Shown: positions 1 through 14,000, counted from the stretch's first letter. The stretch is DNA of 64,000 nucleotides from the human T2T-CHM13v2.0 reference genome, Homo sapiens (GCF_009914755.1 NC_060926.1); one strand, 5' to 3'. Translations and numbers: made by a program. The notes: generated by a model not told the origin, from the sequence alone.

Positions 1-2512
1 GATAGGTTGTGTCATTATTGTCATTCAGTTCGAAGAATTTTTTAATTTCCACCTTGATTTCGTTTTTGGCCCAGTGCTTATTTAGTAGCAGGTTATTTAA
101 TTTTCATATATTTGCATGGTTTTGAAGGTTCCTTTTGGAGTTGATTTCCACTTTTATTCCACCATGGTCTGAGAGGGTGCTTGATATAATTCCAGTTTTC
201 TTAAATGTATTTAGGCTCGTTTTATGGCCTATCATATGGTCTGTCTTGGAGAAAGTTCCATGTGCTGTTGAATAAAAAGTTTATTCTGCAGTTGTTGGAC
301 AAAATGTTCTGTATGTATCTGTTAAGTCCATTTGTTCCAAGGTATAGTTTAAATCTATTGTTTCCTTGTTGACTTTCTGTCTTGATGACCTGTCTAGTGC
401 TGTCAGTGGAGTATTGAAGTCCTCTACTATTATTGTGTTGCTGTCTATCTCATTTCTTAGGCATTAGTAATTGTTTTATAAATTTGGGAGCTCCAGTGTT
501 AGGTACATATATGTTTAGGATCGTGATATTTTCCTGTTGGACAAGGCCTTTTACCATTATGTAATGTCCCTCTTTGTCTCTTTTAACTGCTGTTGCTTTA
601 AGGTTTGTTTTGTCTGATATAAGAATAGCTACGCCTGCTAGTTTTTGGTATCCATTTGCATGAAATGCCTTTTTCCACCCCTTTAAGTTAAGTGTGAGTC
701 CTTATGTGTTAGATGAGTCTCTTGAAGGCAGCAGATAGTTGGTTGGTGAGTTTTGATCTATTTTACGGTTCTGTGTCTTTTAAGTGGAGCGTTTAGGCTA
801 TTTACATTCATTGTTAGTATCGAAATGTGAGGTACCCTTGCATTAATTGTACTCTTTGTTGCCTGAGTACTTTGTTTTTTTTTGTTTTTGCTTTTTAACT
901 TGTATTTTTGTTTTATAGGTCCTGTGTGATTTATGCTTTAAAGAGGTTCTACTTTGATGTGTTTCCAGGATTTGCTTCAATATTTAGAGCTCTTTTTAGC
1001 AGTTCTTGTGGTGGTGGCTTGGTAATGGTGAATTCTCTCAGTATTTGTCTGAAAAAGACTGTAATTTCCTTCATATATGATGCCTACTTATATGATGCCT
1101 TGTTTCACTGGATACAAAATTCTTGGCTGACAATTGTTTTGTTTGTTTGAGAGGCCCCAGTCCCTTCCGCATTGTAGGGTTTCTGCTGAGAAATCTGCTG
1201 TTGATCTGATAGGATTTTCTTTATAGGTTACCTGGTGCTTTTGCCTCACAGCTCTTAAGAGTCTTTCCTTCATCTTAACTTTTGATAATCGATGGCAGTG
1301 TGCCTGGGTGATGATCCTTTTGTGATGAATTTCCCAGAGCTTCTTGTAGTTGGATGTCTAGGTCTCTAGCAAGGCCGGGAAAATTTTCCTTGATTATTCC
1401 CCCAAATATGTTTTCCAAGCTTCTTCCTCAGGAACACCGATTATTCTTCAGTTTGGTCATTTAACATAATCCCAGACTTCTTGGAGGCTTTGTTCATATT
1501 TTCTTATTCTTTTTCTCTTTGTTGGATTGGGTTAATTTGAAGATCTTGTTCTTGAGCTCGGAATTTCTTTCTTCTACTTATTCAATTCTATTGTTGAGAC
1601 TTTCCAGAGCATTTCACATTTCTAAAAGTGTGTCTGAAGTTTTCTGACATTTTGACTGTTTTTTCTTAATGCTATCTATTTCCTTGAATGTTTCTGCCTT
1701 CACTTCTTATATTGTTCTTTTGGATTTGCTTGCATTGGGCTTTGCCTTTCTCTGGTGCCTCCCTGATTAGCTTAATAACTAACCTCCTGAATTCTTTTTC
1801 AGGTAAATCAGGGATTTCTTCTTGGTCCGGATCCGTTGCTGGTTAACTAGTGTGATTTTTTTGGGGGTGCTAAAGAGCCTTGTTTAGTCACATTAACAGG
1901 GTTGTTTTTCTGGTTCCTTCTCATTTGGGTAGGCTCCGTCAGAGGGAAGGTCTAGGGCTGAAGGCTGTTGTTCAGATTCTTTTGTCCCACTGGGTGTTCC
2001 CTTGATGTAGTACTCTCCCCGTTTTCCTATGGATGTGGCTTCCTATGAGCAGAACTGCTGTGATGTCTCTCCTGGGTTCTAGCTACCCAGTGAGTCTACC
2101 TGGCCCTGGGCTGGTACTGGAGGTTGTCTGCACAGAGTCCTGTGATGTGAACTGTCTATGGGTCTCTTAGCTGTGGATACTAGTGCCTGTTCTGGTGGAG
2201 GTGGCAGGGTGGGGGGTACAATGGAGTCCGTGAGGGTTCTTAGCTTTGGTGGTTTAATGCTCTCTTTTTGTGCTGGTTGGCCTCCTGCTGGGAGGTGGTG
2301 CTTTCCAGAGAGCATCAACTGTAGTAATACGGAGAGGAACTGGTGGTGGGCGGGGCCCTAGACCTCCCAAGAGTATATGCCCTTTGTCTTCAGCTACCAG
2401 GCTGGGTAGGGAAGGACCATCATGTAGGGGCAGGGCTAGGCCTGTCTGAGCTCAGAATCTCCTTGGGTGGGTCTTGCTGTAGCTGCTGTGGGGGATGGGG
2501 GTGAGATTCCCA
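1..2512 (-). mobile_element. LINE-1 (L1PB-like) fragment: 5' region, ORF1 and start of ORF2, antisense
   Basis: ORF 1088-1273(-) KERLLRAVRQKHQVTYKENPIRSTADFSAETLQ resembles L1 ORF1p. T-rich + strand and a GC-richer 5'UTR-like end at about 1950-2512. Confidence 0.88.
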
Positions 2513-2692
2513 ATACCTCCTCTTCTTATAAAGAAACCAGTCACATTGCATTAGGGCCCACCCTAATGACCCTATTTTAACTAAATTACCTTTAAAAGCC
2601 CTATTGCTAAATATAGTCACCTTTCGAGGTACCAGGGTTAGGGCTTCAGCATAAGAATTTGGGGAAAGTGGGAGGCACACTTCAGTCCGTAA
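2513..2692 (-). mobile_element. MaLR LTR fragment (MLT1B/C-like)
   Basis: Reverse strand ..ggactgaa..ccccaaattcttatgctgaagccctaacc..gggtgggccctaat..ctttataagaagagga resembles the MLT1 LTR 5' half. Confidence 0.7.
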
Positions 2693-3497
2693 TTCTATAT
2701 ATCACTTATGACAAGTTTTAAATGACAAAGTGAATGTTGAAGTAAATTTTTATGAATTATCAATGGTTATTACAAACTTTTATAACATTCTAAAGAACTT
2801 CAGCTGTAAATTATATGGGAGAGAATGTAGAGGATTGTAGATGGATTAGCACTAATTTTTTTTTTCCCCTGAGAAACTCAAACTCTGTGACCTATTGCAC
2901 AATTGAGTCTATTTGTATATAACAAATAGTATTTTTCATAGGTATTAATAAAATATCAGTGTCAAGTCAAATATTTAAAAGAGTTGTTAACTGAAGCGGG
3001 ATTAGAATTAAAGGCATTAGAATTAAGATTAGTGGGCAAAAGATACAAAAACTTTGCTCCCTGACATTCATAACTGTCTGTAGATGGAATAGCAGACCTG
3101 AAGATTGGCTATTTCTTTGTGACTGAAGTTCTGAATTTTTTGTGCTGTTATAGAGTAAATTTATGTATTGTTGAGTGTGGTTCTGGAAGGTGATGATTTT
3201 TCAGCTTGATTCTCTAAGTATACTGTGTGGGTTTTTGGCTTTAAAAAGGTTAAGAACTTCCCTTTACATAATGAAAACCCAACAAGTAAATATTATTTGT
3301 TAGTACTTTAAGATGTAGATTAATCATTTAAAAAGTCATTATGTTAAATATTCTGAGGACCATACTGTTATTTCTTTCCTTCTCCCTCTAGTGGGCAGAA
3401 AATATTCTTAAAATATAGCATGGAATAATTTATTGCTATTGGGTATACCATAATATACAGTCTCAGTCTCAGCTTTTTTGAAAACTAAAAATGTTAA

Positions 3498-3659
<162 letters not shown>

Positions 3660-5838
3660 TAGTTGATGTTTTCTTCTCACTAATATTTATTATACTCACT
3701 AAATGTATGCATATATGTATATATAATAGAAAGTTTGACTGTCTTTAGCTGCAAAATAAGCCTTGTATAAGGTACACCGACAAAATGGGATGCTGCAGTT
3801 TCTAAACTTCGCAGGTGTGTGTGTGTGGGGGGGAGGTGGGGGAGGGAGAGAGAGAGGGAGATGGAGAGAGTAGGTCAGAAAGAACACTGGACACTGAAGT
3901 ACTGTCCCTTTTATTTTTGTTTCCATTTTGACCTCAGTTAATTCAGTAGTGGGGCTGTTTCTTCCTTCTTTGCTTTGTTTCGGGTGCTTTCTTTGCCATT
4001 CCCTGCTTCTTTACTTTCACTGTAGAATAAACCCAGAACATATTTTTCTTGATGCTACTATACATTAATACCAGAGTGTTTTTGTTTGATGCAGTATTAC
4101 AATATTACAGAATATATTGCCTTTTCATCAAAGCTTCTGATTAATTGGTGATAGATTTGTCCGCTGAGAAAATCACTTAAATATTTCTTATAATTCTTGT
4201 AATTAATTTCATGTGATGAAAGACATCAGCCAAGAATACCTTTATGTCACTGAGTTAAACAGCATACCATCATAGGAGCTATGGACTTTTTATGTTTTTT
4301 GTATAGGACATTTCTCTTAAGATAGTGAATTGTCAATGAAATATGAGCATTTTAAATGTAAAAATAGTACTCATACTCTTTTTCTCAAAGAAAATTTCAG
4401 AACTGTTAACTTTTGGCTGAATTTAGGTAGTGTCTTTGGCTTAACAATGCAGTTTTATCAAATAAATAGATTTGCATAGAATTGTGTTCAGTAATACTCA
4501 GACAACACTTTTGTTCTTATGTCCACATTATGATAAGCTTTTGATTTTATAGAAAAATATTTGTGGTTCACTAAGGAATCTATAAATGTCCTTAAATTAT
4601 CCTAAATACCTAAAATAATGTAGGTTTCTTTTTTATGGATAGTGACTGATGTGCCTTTTAGTTTCTTTCTTTTTTTTTAAATTTTCCAAACACCAACTTG
4701 AACCCGAATGCCTTTTAGTTTTTCCATGTTGGCATTTAGTGAATTCTTTCCCACTTAGGTGTATCTCATATTTTTATTAGGTCTAGGCAAGGACTGGGCA
4801 AAGCATACCAATGATGGTTGAGGATACATACTCTTTTAGTTCTGGGGTAATGTTAAATATCATTGAGTCAGGCTTAAACATATGTAATTTCAGAAAATGA
4901 TTCTAGAATGTTAAATGTGGAATTTTTGATTCAGTAATGTAAAAGTCAAGTATTGTTCCCAGTTGGCTCAGTATGAAATAGGGCCACTAGCTGACAGCAT
5001 TATGTAAAATAAAAATAATTTCCTAAAGGCATCAATTATTATTTTAGGCATGAATAACTGTCTTAGCCTTCTCTAACATTTTTTCCCATCAACTTGTTCC
5101 ATACCCCGTGTTGTTGTTGCATGAACAAACGGAAATATTGCATATTCAGGGTGTTTTTTCACTGTTGTCTCTTGTTTGGTAGAAAGGTTTAAGACTTTGG
5201 AATGATACTCACCTGCATTTGACTTCTGGCTCTGAAATTCATCTTGAGCAATTTGTATCATCTCTATGAACCTCAACTGTTTTCATCTCTTAGGGCTGGC
5301 TGTGTTATAAAGAAAGTACGTACATACTGCATGGCTGAGAGTTGATATGCAATAAAAGTTATTAATTATTACTGGCGATGAGTACCTATATAACCTCTTT
5401 TGGTTTTTTCCTAATAAAGAAGATAATATTATTAGGATTATTCTGTCTTATACTATTTTAATTGAACTAACAGGGCAGAAAAATTAGATAAAATTAGCAA
5501 AATAGCTGTTTATTAAAATGCCTCATTATAAATGTTGCCTTAAAAACCTGGATATATTGCTGAGTGATAGAAGTGGTGACAAAAATAAGACCTCTTAAAA
5601 TATGTTGTTTTGTGTACCTTTTATGTTTACTTTTTATTTTAACAGAAAAATCTATATAGATGTTTCATTTAATGATAAATTGGTAAAGTCCTGTTCCAAT
5701 AAAGTAAATATTGATTATGACTTTTATATAATCTTGGACGTAAAGTAACCATGGACTGAAAAAGTGATTTTTCACTTGATGCCTCAAAAATTTGATTTTA
5801 TTATGCCAATAGTGATATTGAGTTTGTGACTAGAAAAC

Positions 5839-5852
5839 CCAGCAGAGGGCGC
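5839..5852 (+). promoter_or_regulatory. Candidate CTCF binding site
   Basis: CCAGCAGAGGGCGC matches the CTCF core consensus CCASYAGRKGGCRS, with its CpG retained in an AT-rich background. Confidence 0.65.
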
Positions 5853-7692
5853 CACAATCATAATTCTTTGTCATAGCCCAATATAATTAGGATAAATAGC
5901 TCAAATAATAACCCTAAGCTTTTACCATGTAGACATATAAAGATGTGTCTAAACATTTCTATTTGATTCATTTATAATATATTTAATATATTCAGTAATT
6001 CAAAAATACAAAAAAATAGATTTTTCCTGGCCGATTTTTTAATTTTTAAAAATATCAGTTTAATTTTTCTACTTCTAGCTTTAAATAAAGAAGTACTTTT
6101 GATAGAGAGTGAAAGTTCCATACAAGAGTATCAGTTCATAAATCACCACCATGGTAGTATGTTAAAGGACAATTAGAATGAGGAAAAAAGTTTCTAATAG
6201 ATGAGAGAACCAAGAGATGGAATTATCTATTTATTTTAAGAATTTGTTTCTAGGTTAATAATGCTTCCTAGTAATAGAAAAAACAGCTTAACTAAAACAT
6301 TTTCTAGTCACAAAAACCTGATATGTGTAGATACAGTAAAAAAAGGTATGGTCATGGTTTAGTAGAACCATTAATTTCAATTGTAAGTTCATTTTGAATA
6401 TCAGGGGATGATTATATTCATTGCAAATTTTCAGAGATGAAAGGATCAGTCTTACCTTCTGAATTGGTTTATGCTCTAAGTGAAAAGACGTGGAAAAATC
6501 TCTTTAATTTTGGAAAATAAACCTCTAGATAACTTATTTACTATTAGAAAAGATAATTTTTTTGTATTTACTTTTTTGTATAGAAGTTTTGTGGTTTTAA
6601 ATGTATGAACTGCAAAGTGTTTTATATTTTTGAGGTAACTTTTCATTGCTTGAATTTCTTCGAATGTTGTGGGAAGAAATTAAGAGGAATCTCGTACAGA
6701 ATGAATCACGTCTGCGTATTGATTTATTGCTGTGTGATATACGACCCAACCTTCTTTTTATATATTTATATTTACTATGGTGGAAAACAAACCATTTTGA
6801 AAGTGCTTACCTTTAACTAGGAATAGGTATGTATATTTCATTATTTGGTTTCTACTACTTGAGAACCTACTTTCTTTTGAGATATCAAAGCTTCTTGGTC
6901 AGGAGGTTGTGTCTACTATTGATTCATTGTGCCCAGAAAGACATGCTGACAAGCTACCTAGGGAAGAGGATAGGATGACATCTTTCACCTCAGATGAGGT
7001 ACTGGCTGCTTCTGTGTCTCCTTTGATATGTCGCTCAGATACCTTGGGTAACAAGGGAGTGCTCTATAAGCATTGTAGCAGATTTCTTGCTTCTGCTTTT
7101 TCTGTGGGCAGGGACTCCTTTCTAGCTTGTCCTCTGACCTCTGGTCAAAGAAGCTGCACCATGCTGTCTCTTCCAAAATCATTTTCCTTTTCTCCAAAGT
7201 CATTTCGTTCCACTACTGAAAGGAATTTTTAAAAATGTAATTCTCAGTGCTTACTTGATCCAAATTTGGATACCATAGTATCTAATTTAACTATTTGTTG
7301 TTTATAACATCTCATCTTATGCTTGGGTCTGTAGTAGATTCATTGGAACATTTTAAGCACATCATCCTTTGTTGAGTAGTATGAACAGAAGTGTTAGTAC
7401 TTCGTATAATTTATTATAAACTATGTACAATATAATGTATATAATCCTTTAAAGGATAGGAGGTCAGCAGTTAAATCATTTCAGTAATATCATTGTGAAG
7501 CAGGATTCCTGGCAAATGTTGCAGCTTAAGTCTGGGGGATGTATTGGTAAAACTTCTCTACTATTCTTTGAAAAAAATTTTTTTTCTTGGTTGAGCTCCA
7601 TGACAGGACCCTGTGGTAGTTGGTGTCACATTATCTCCTGGAGGAATTTGTAGACCCTCTGCCATATATACTTGTACATGTGACAGTGGTGA

Positions 7693-8021
<329 letters not shown>

Positions 8022-8171
8022 TGACCAGGATTTTTAATGCACACAGCTATAGACTTTGCTTCCTAGTGGTCTGATAGCAGAATCTGTTTGTCTGTTTGTG
8101 ATGTATCTAAAACTGATCTCTTTTGGGGTGGTAATCAGTTATTATTGAAAGCAAGACTCATTAAAATAAAA

Positions 8172-8295
8172 GTCAGGTGTGGAGGTATGTTCCTGTAGTC
8201 CCAGCTACTCAGAAGGCTAAGGCTGGATGATTGCTTGAGCCCAAGAATTTGAGGCAAGCCTGGGCAATATAGCAAGACTTTTCCTGTAAAAAAAA
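8172..8295 (+). mobile_element. Alu monomer (FLAM-like)
   Basis: cctgtagtcccagctact..gattgcttgagcccaagaatttgagg..cctgggcaatatagcaagac followed by an A tail. Confidence 0.8.
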
Positions 8296-8539
8296 GACAA
8301 TCAAATATTTATCTTCCTGGTTTTTCTAGAGGAAAAAAAATTATATGTTTTCACTTTTTACTTGTATTTAGGAAACCAAAGGTAATAGTTTCTTTGGAAA
8401 TATGGTCTAACTTTTTAGTTTTTCTGTTTCATTGTTGTTATGTTATAAAGTTAGGGTTTGGAATGTTGGTGAAATTATCAAAGCTTCAAGAATGTCAGCT
8501 TGGATTTTAAAATGCTATTCTTATTCAAATAAAGATGTC

Positions 8540-8765
8540 TATATATGTAATGCATATGTATGTGTATATGTATATGTAGTTATATAATGCATATATGTAG
8601 CATGTGTGTATACATATGCATATATACATATATGTAGTATATGTGTATACATGTACATATGCAGATATATAATGCATCTATGTAGTGTATGTGTATACAT
8701 ATGCATTATATATACATGTATGCATTGTATATCTATATTTATATACAGATATATACATATACACA
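8540..8765. repeat. (TA/TG/CA)-rich low-complexity simple repeat
   Basis: Degenerate tatatg/catata alternating purine-pyrimidine run. Confidence 0.9.
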
Positions 8766-9149
8766 GTACAGTGGTTTGATTAAAAAATGAAAAAGTTGGG
8801 CTTTTATGGGTCATTGCTCTGTTTTTAATTTAGAGTGGTTATGGAAGGTACATGGGATATGAAGTTCAGGTTTTAGCTCTGCGGGTTATTAGCTGTGTAA
8901 CTGTAGACGAGTCTTTGTACAAGTCTTAACTCCTTATGTAAAATTGAATAGGAAACAATAAGTACTTTATAGTGAGGTGAACATAATATTAGATAATGTG
9001 AAAGTACCAAGTAAACTGTAAATAGTATTTGTATTTTTTATGGTTAGTAATATCATCTGCCTCATTCTTGAATTTTTTCAGTACCTTTGTTATTCAAAAT
9101 AATACAAGATAGAAGATATTTTTGGTATGTGCCATTCTGTTTTAATATC

Positions 9150-10030
9150 ATACATTATTTTGTTATGTGAAAACAATGTAAAGCTACACAATTAAAATAG
9201 TGTGGCATTATTGCAGAAATACACATATAAATCAATATTTTTAGAATAAAGTGTTCACAAAGACCTAAATATATGTGACTTAACATATGATGAAGATACA
9301 ATTTTAGTAAGAGAGGAAAGGATGGATTCTTTAATAAATAGTATTGGGACCATTGCCTAGGAATTTAGGAAACTAATAAAGCTGACTCCCTCCTATATAC
9401 TATATGCCAAAATAAATTTAATATGGGTTAAGTATTTAATTAAAAACATAACACTCTTAGATATTTCAGATGAATAATTTTAATATATTGAAATCAAGAA
9501 GGTCCTTCTAAGTGCGAGTCAAACACCATGAATTTAAAGGTTAATAGATTGACTAATTTAAGATTTAAAGACCCTTTATTCAAAAAGCAGCATCAAAAAA
9601 ATTGAAATACAAATTACACACTGGCAATTATTATTTATGACATATATTCAGATGAAGATGTATTTTCTTTATAAAGAGCTCTTACAAATCCATAATAAAA
9701 AGACAATCTGAAAACCTGTAAGATAGAGAAAAACGTAGCCAAAAATTTAAGAAGAGGTATTTCACAAGAGAAATAGCAATGTTCTGTATGTACATCAAAT
9801 GGTTATTTTATTAGGAATTGAAGGAATGATTTTTAAAAGTGAAATAATTTTTGCTTATCAGGTTGGCAAAGATGAAAGAAGTTAAGCAGTAATCAGTAAA
9901 TTGTAGGGAACTGGGTATTCTCATACACTGTTGGTGGAGGGGGGTAGGTAAATTAATTCTACTTTTCCAGAGGCAGTCTGATTATATCTTTCATAATTTT
10001 AAATATCCATATCTTTCAACTAATGATTAC
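9150..10030 (+). mobile_element. Old L1M ORF2/3' fragment
   Basis: Degenerate L1 ORF2 motifs (aagctacacaattaaaatagtgtggc, aataaatagtattgggac, ctcatacactgttggtgg). Confidence 0.65.
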
Positions 10031-10073
10031 CTTTCTAAAAAAAAAAAAAAGAAAGAAAGAAAGAAAGGAACCA

Positions 10074-10374
10074 GGATGGGAACTGTGGCTCACACCTGTA
10101 ATCCCAGCACTTTGGGAAGCCAAGGTGGGCGGATCACAAGGTCAGGAGATCGAGACCATCCTGGCCAACATGGTGAAACCCTGTCTCTACTAAAAATACA
10201 AAAATTAGCTGGGCGTAGTGGCGTGAGGCTGTAGTCTCAGCTACTCAGGAGGCTGAGGCAGTAGAATCGCTTGAACCCAGGAGGCGAAGGTTGCAGTGAG
10301 CCGAGATTGCGCCACTGCCCTTCAGCCCAGGCGACAGAGTGAGACTCCATCTCAAAAAAAAAAAAAAAGAAAAA
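10074..10374 (+). mobile_element. Alu (AluSc-like)
   Basis: Forward Alu dimer with ggatcacaaggtcaggagatcgagaccatcctggcc and an A tail. Confidence 0.92.
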
Positions 10375-10920
10375 GTACACAATATTTTGTTTTAAAATAA
10401 TACTTTTCTTGAAGGAGCTCACAGCATGTTAGATGTTAATGTATTAGTCCCCCATTACACTTATGAGATAAGGAATCAGAGATCAAATCATTTTAACCCT
10501 TTCTTAGGTTGGGAAAGTACAAAGAGGTTAAAGTCAGTCAGTGGCAGAATATTGAGCTTTGGGAATAGAAAATTTATAAGTTGTGTTACAAAATAAATAT
10601 TGAAGGTCATCAATGCATTATGTGGTTAGAACGCATGGGTAATGATCAGCAGCCCTGAGAGTATAGGGGACCTGAAAGCCAGTGGAGCACTGATGGTATG
10701 CAGCATGGCAGTGGATTCTTAGTCCCTCTTTAGCATCGTAATGTACATGTAGTCTTTGATTCTTAGTCTGTGTTAGAATTTTTGAAGGTTGGCTTCGGTT
10801 GCTAGATGGCAATTTCCCTAGCCATGTGTCTCCAACTTCTTAGCTCCACAGTTGTCAGGACAGTTTTTTCTTTTGGCTCAAAATCAGGTAAGCGTGCCCC
10901 TAATTCATAAACAGAGCCCT

Positions 10921-11026
10921 ACACGTTTGTTATCAATTACCAGAGAAGGAAAAAGACACATTTGTTATCAATTACCAGAGAAGGAAAAAGACACATTTGT
11001 TATCAATTACCAGAGAAGGAAAAAGA
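10921..11026. repeat. Minisatellite, 3 x 35 bp
   Basis: Unit acacatttgttatcaattaccagagaaggaaaaag at 10921, 10956 and 10991; one mismatch in copy 1. Confidence 0.95.
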
Positions 11027-14000
11027 AGTCTCTTTTTAATGTATTTTAAAAATTTCTATTTGAAATAAGAAACCACAGAATTGGAATGATTCTTTGACAG
11101 TAGAACTTGGTGCTATCATGGGAACTGACTGAAATAAACCCTATAATCCTTTGTAGATTCATATGCCTTAATCAGTGCAATAATATAGAGAGGTAGCTCA
11201 TGTCTTTGTCATAAACCTGCTAGTTTCTCCCTCTTTTAAATATCTAAAGGGATGTTTCTAATTTAGGTACTTCCAAGTTTTAGCACAAGATATGCCAAGA
11301 AAGTCTTTTTATTTTCCCCCTGAGCAAATACTGAGTAGTTTTCCTTTGTCTGTCTTTTAAATAGCTACCATTACTTTTGCATCCTTTACAGTATTTGTCA
11401 GGAGCTTTGTAAGTACTGTCCCGTTTAATAATCTTAACGTCTTTACAAGGGGTGAGGAAACTGATGTCCAGAACAAGGTAATTTGCTTAAAGATTTAGTA
11501 GGTGGTGGCACAGGAATTTAACTATTCTACTTTATTTCTTAAAGGCTACATTTCTCCAAAACGGCGAGAAATGAATTTTAAAAGTTTGTGATGGGAATTG
11601 AAACAGAAAGTGGTAACTTGAAGGGCTAGAAAATAACTTTGGCAAATGGAATTCTGTGCAGCAGATTGTGTCTCAGAGGAGACTGATTAAAGGTCAAGAA
11701 AAATGGGCTCTCCAGGGTTTCTGCAAGGTAGTTGACAATCTAATGGAATGGGGATTTGGGGAGTGTGGATAAGGGACAAAGAATGCGTTTTCTTTTAATA
11801 GTCTTAAACCAAATGCGGGCTTTGTTTTACTTCAGTTTCTTTCTTTTTTCTTTTCTTTTCTTTTTTTTTTTTTTGAGAAGTGCTGATTTTTGTAACGATA
11901 ATACAATAGTAATAACAAGTTATGTTTTAACATAGCCCCTTCTCTAAGGTACTTCTCAAGCTTATGGCTATATATTTTAAAAGTGCTTACATAAACGTAA
12001 ATCACCCAAAGAGCTCAACTAAAAGGATATTCTTGATTTTAACAAAGTTGTTTGGATTGTGGATAGCCTTTCCACAGAGAATTGTTATATTTGACATTTA
12101 TATGAACTGCGTATATTGCACTGCTCTTGTTAATGCTTGATAAGAACAAAATATTTGATGATTGAATGAATTTAGTGTTTGTGTGTATATACTCCATGTT
12201 AAAAAAAATTTTCTCTTCTCTGAACTTTTACTCTCCACTCAGCCCTGAGTCTGAATATTTTCATTATTTTCTGGGAGGTGGGAACAGTTTGCAGGAAGGA
12301 ATAAGGAAAAGTTTCCAATCATTCTGTGTGTATGAGATTGAAAAGGCGCATGTTTTGTGTAATTATAGATACGTCACATGCTCACAATCTGCTTGTCCTG
12401 GTATACTGGATCAGGTGTAGTCTTTGCTGCACATGGTAAATTCATAGTTCGTCTTAAGCCTTTGCCCTTCCAGGGTTTTGAAGATCAGACTTCTGTATCA
12501 CTTAATTTCTGATTGATTTTCTACAAAAAAGTATTGTTTTTAATTGTGTGATAGTCAAACACAGACAAATAATATTTTGGTTAATCCTGGACTTTGTTTT
12601 TATTTTAATACTTGGTGACTTAATCAGAATTTAGTGGGGATTGACTGCACTGCCATTAGATACAAGTAAGAAATGATATGTGTGGGATGAAAACCACAAG
12701 TTCTCCTCTGCTTGTGCCTATCCTCTGAATTTCTTTAAAAGAGAAATTAATGTAACAATAAATTTGTTGGGGGAGGGGGCATTGGTTCTTATTGCCCTCT
12801 TTGATCTTTCTCTTATTTCCCACAGATTTGTTACCATTTCCCTTTTTTCCCTCTCTCATCTACTGCCATCTCACATTGCTACTGGTTCTACACCTCTTAA
12901 ATACAAAATAATCAAGAAAAAAAAAAAGCTAAGAAAAAATTCTAACTCTTGTATCCATCATAAGAAAACTCTTGTCTTCCATTTTATCCCCTTTCCTTCT
13001 GATTTCGTCATGATAGAATTGAGGAAGACGGCTGTCAATGTAGGATTTTTCTTGCAGGAGGTGAGCCTGGGGTAGGTAGACTGGAAGAAGAAGAGACAGA
13101 AACAGACCAGGTTCTTTTAGTTAAGGTGACTGTACAGCCTCGTTTGCCTCCAGTGGTCGCAGTTGTTCTTATCATAATTATTAACAATGCTTACTTTCAC
13201 TCCCAAAAGTGCTCTGATTTGGATGATAAATTATATGTGTATGTTTAGAAGACAAGGAAAGAGAAAGATTGGAAGCTTAATTATTTATAGTCATTTATAA
13301 CTCTTTATCCCAGCATAGTACCTTTCACAAAGCCTGACCCAAGTGGTATTCAGTAAGTATGCATTGATTCATTTGAATCCCAAGTCATACCCAAACAAAT
13401 CTGTTCATTCTACACAAGTGTATTTATATTTGATATGTTAATATGTTCTATATAATGGAGAGGTAAATCTAAGTTTCAATTTTAGAGGACATATACCACA
13501 AGCCCTATAAACTAATAGAAACTGAGTTCAGAACACATACATTTTTTATTTAGGTAATACAATAATTTTTAAAAAATTACAACCAGGATTTAAAAATCAG
13601 AAATATTCACATAAAAATGTCGATTTTTCAGTTTCTTTTAGAGAAAAAAAAAATGATCTAATGGCCCGAGTCTGAGCTCACATGGTAATTATTATATGGA
13701 ATGAGCAGGGTCTTTATTTTGCCTTGGCACTCACCACTCTACCCATGGACATTCAGATTTGCAATCCCTGATGCATACTGTATATTTGGAAGCATTTAAG
13801 ATGTTAAACTTTGTATATTTAGTTATCTACTTAAGATGAGCCAATTCTCATTAGTCATGTTGTTTATCAAAGCTATTTAAATGAAATACTTAAAAATTCT
13901 TTTGGTGATAAGCCTTTTTAAAAAAATTCAACAAGTTAATCATTAATCTTTGGGAAATATTTTTTCCCATACCGTCCATGAATGGCAACAGCTATTAACA

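Noticed and set aside
6909-7232. 107-aa ORF (+) and overlapping 72-aa ORF (-) in unique sequence
   Set aside because: The + ORF has a GTG start, neither resembles a known domain or CAMKMT, and there are no convincing exon borders.
10921-11026. CRISPR-like reading of the 35-bp repeats
   Set aside because: Contiguous tandem copies with no spacers, no cas genes, and a eukaryotic intron context.
11835-11880. T-rich tract ending in ttgaga, resembling an Alu tail
   Set aside because: No Alu body and no identifiable TSD.
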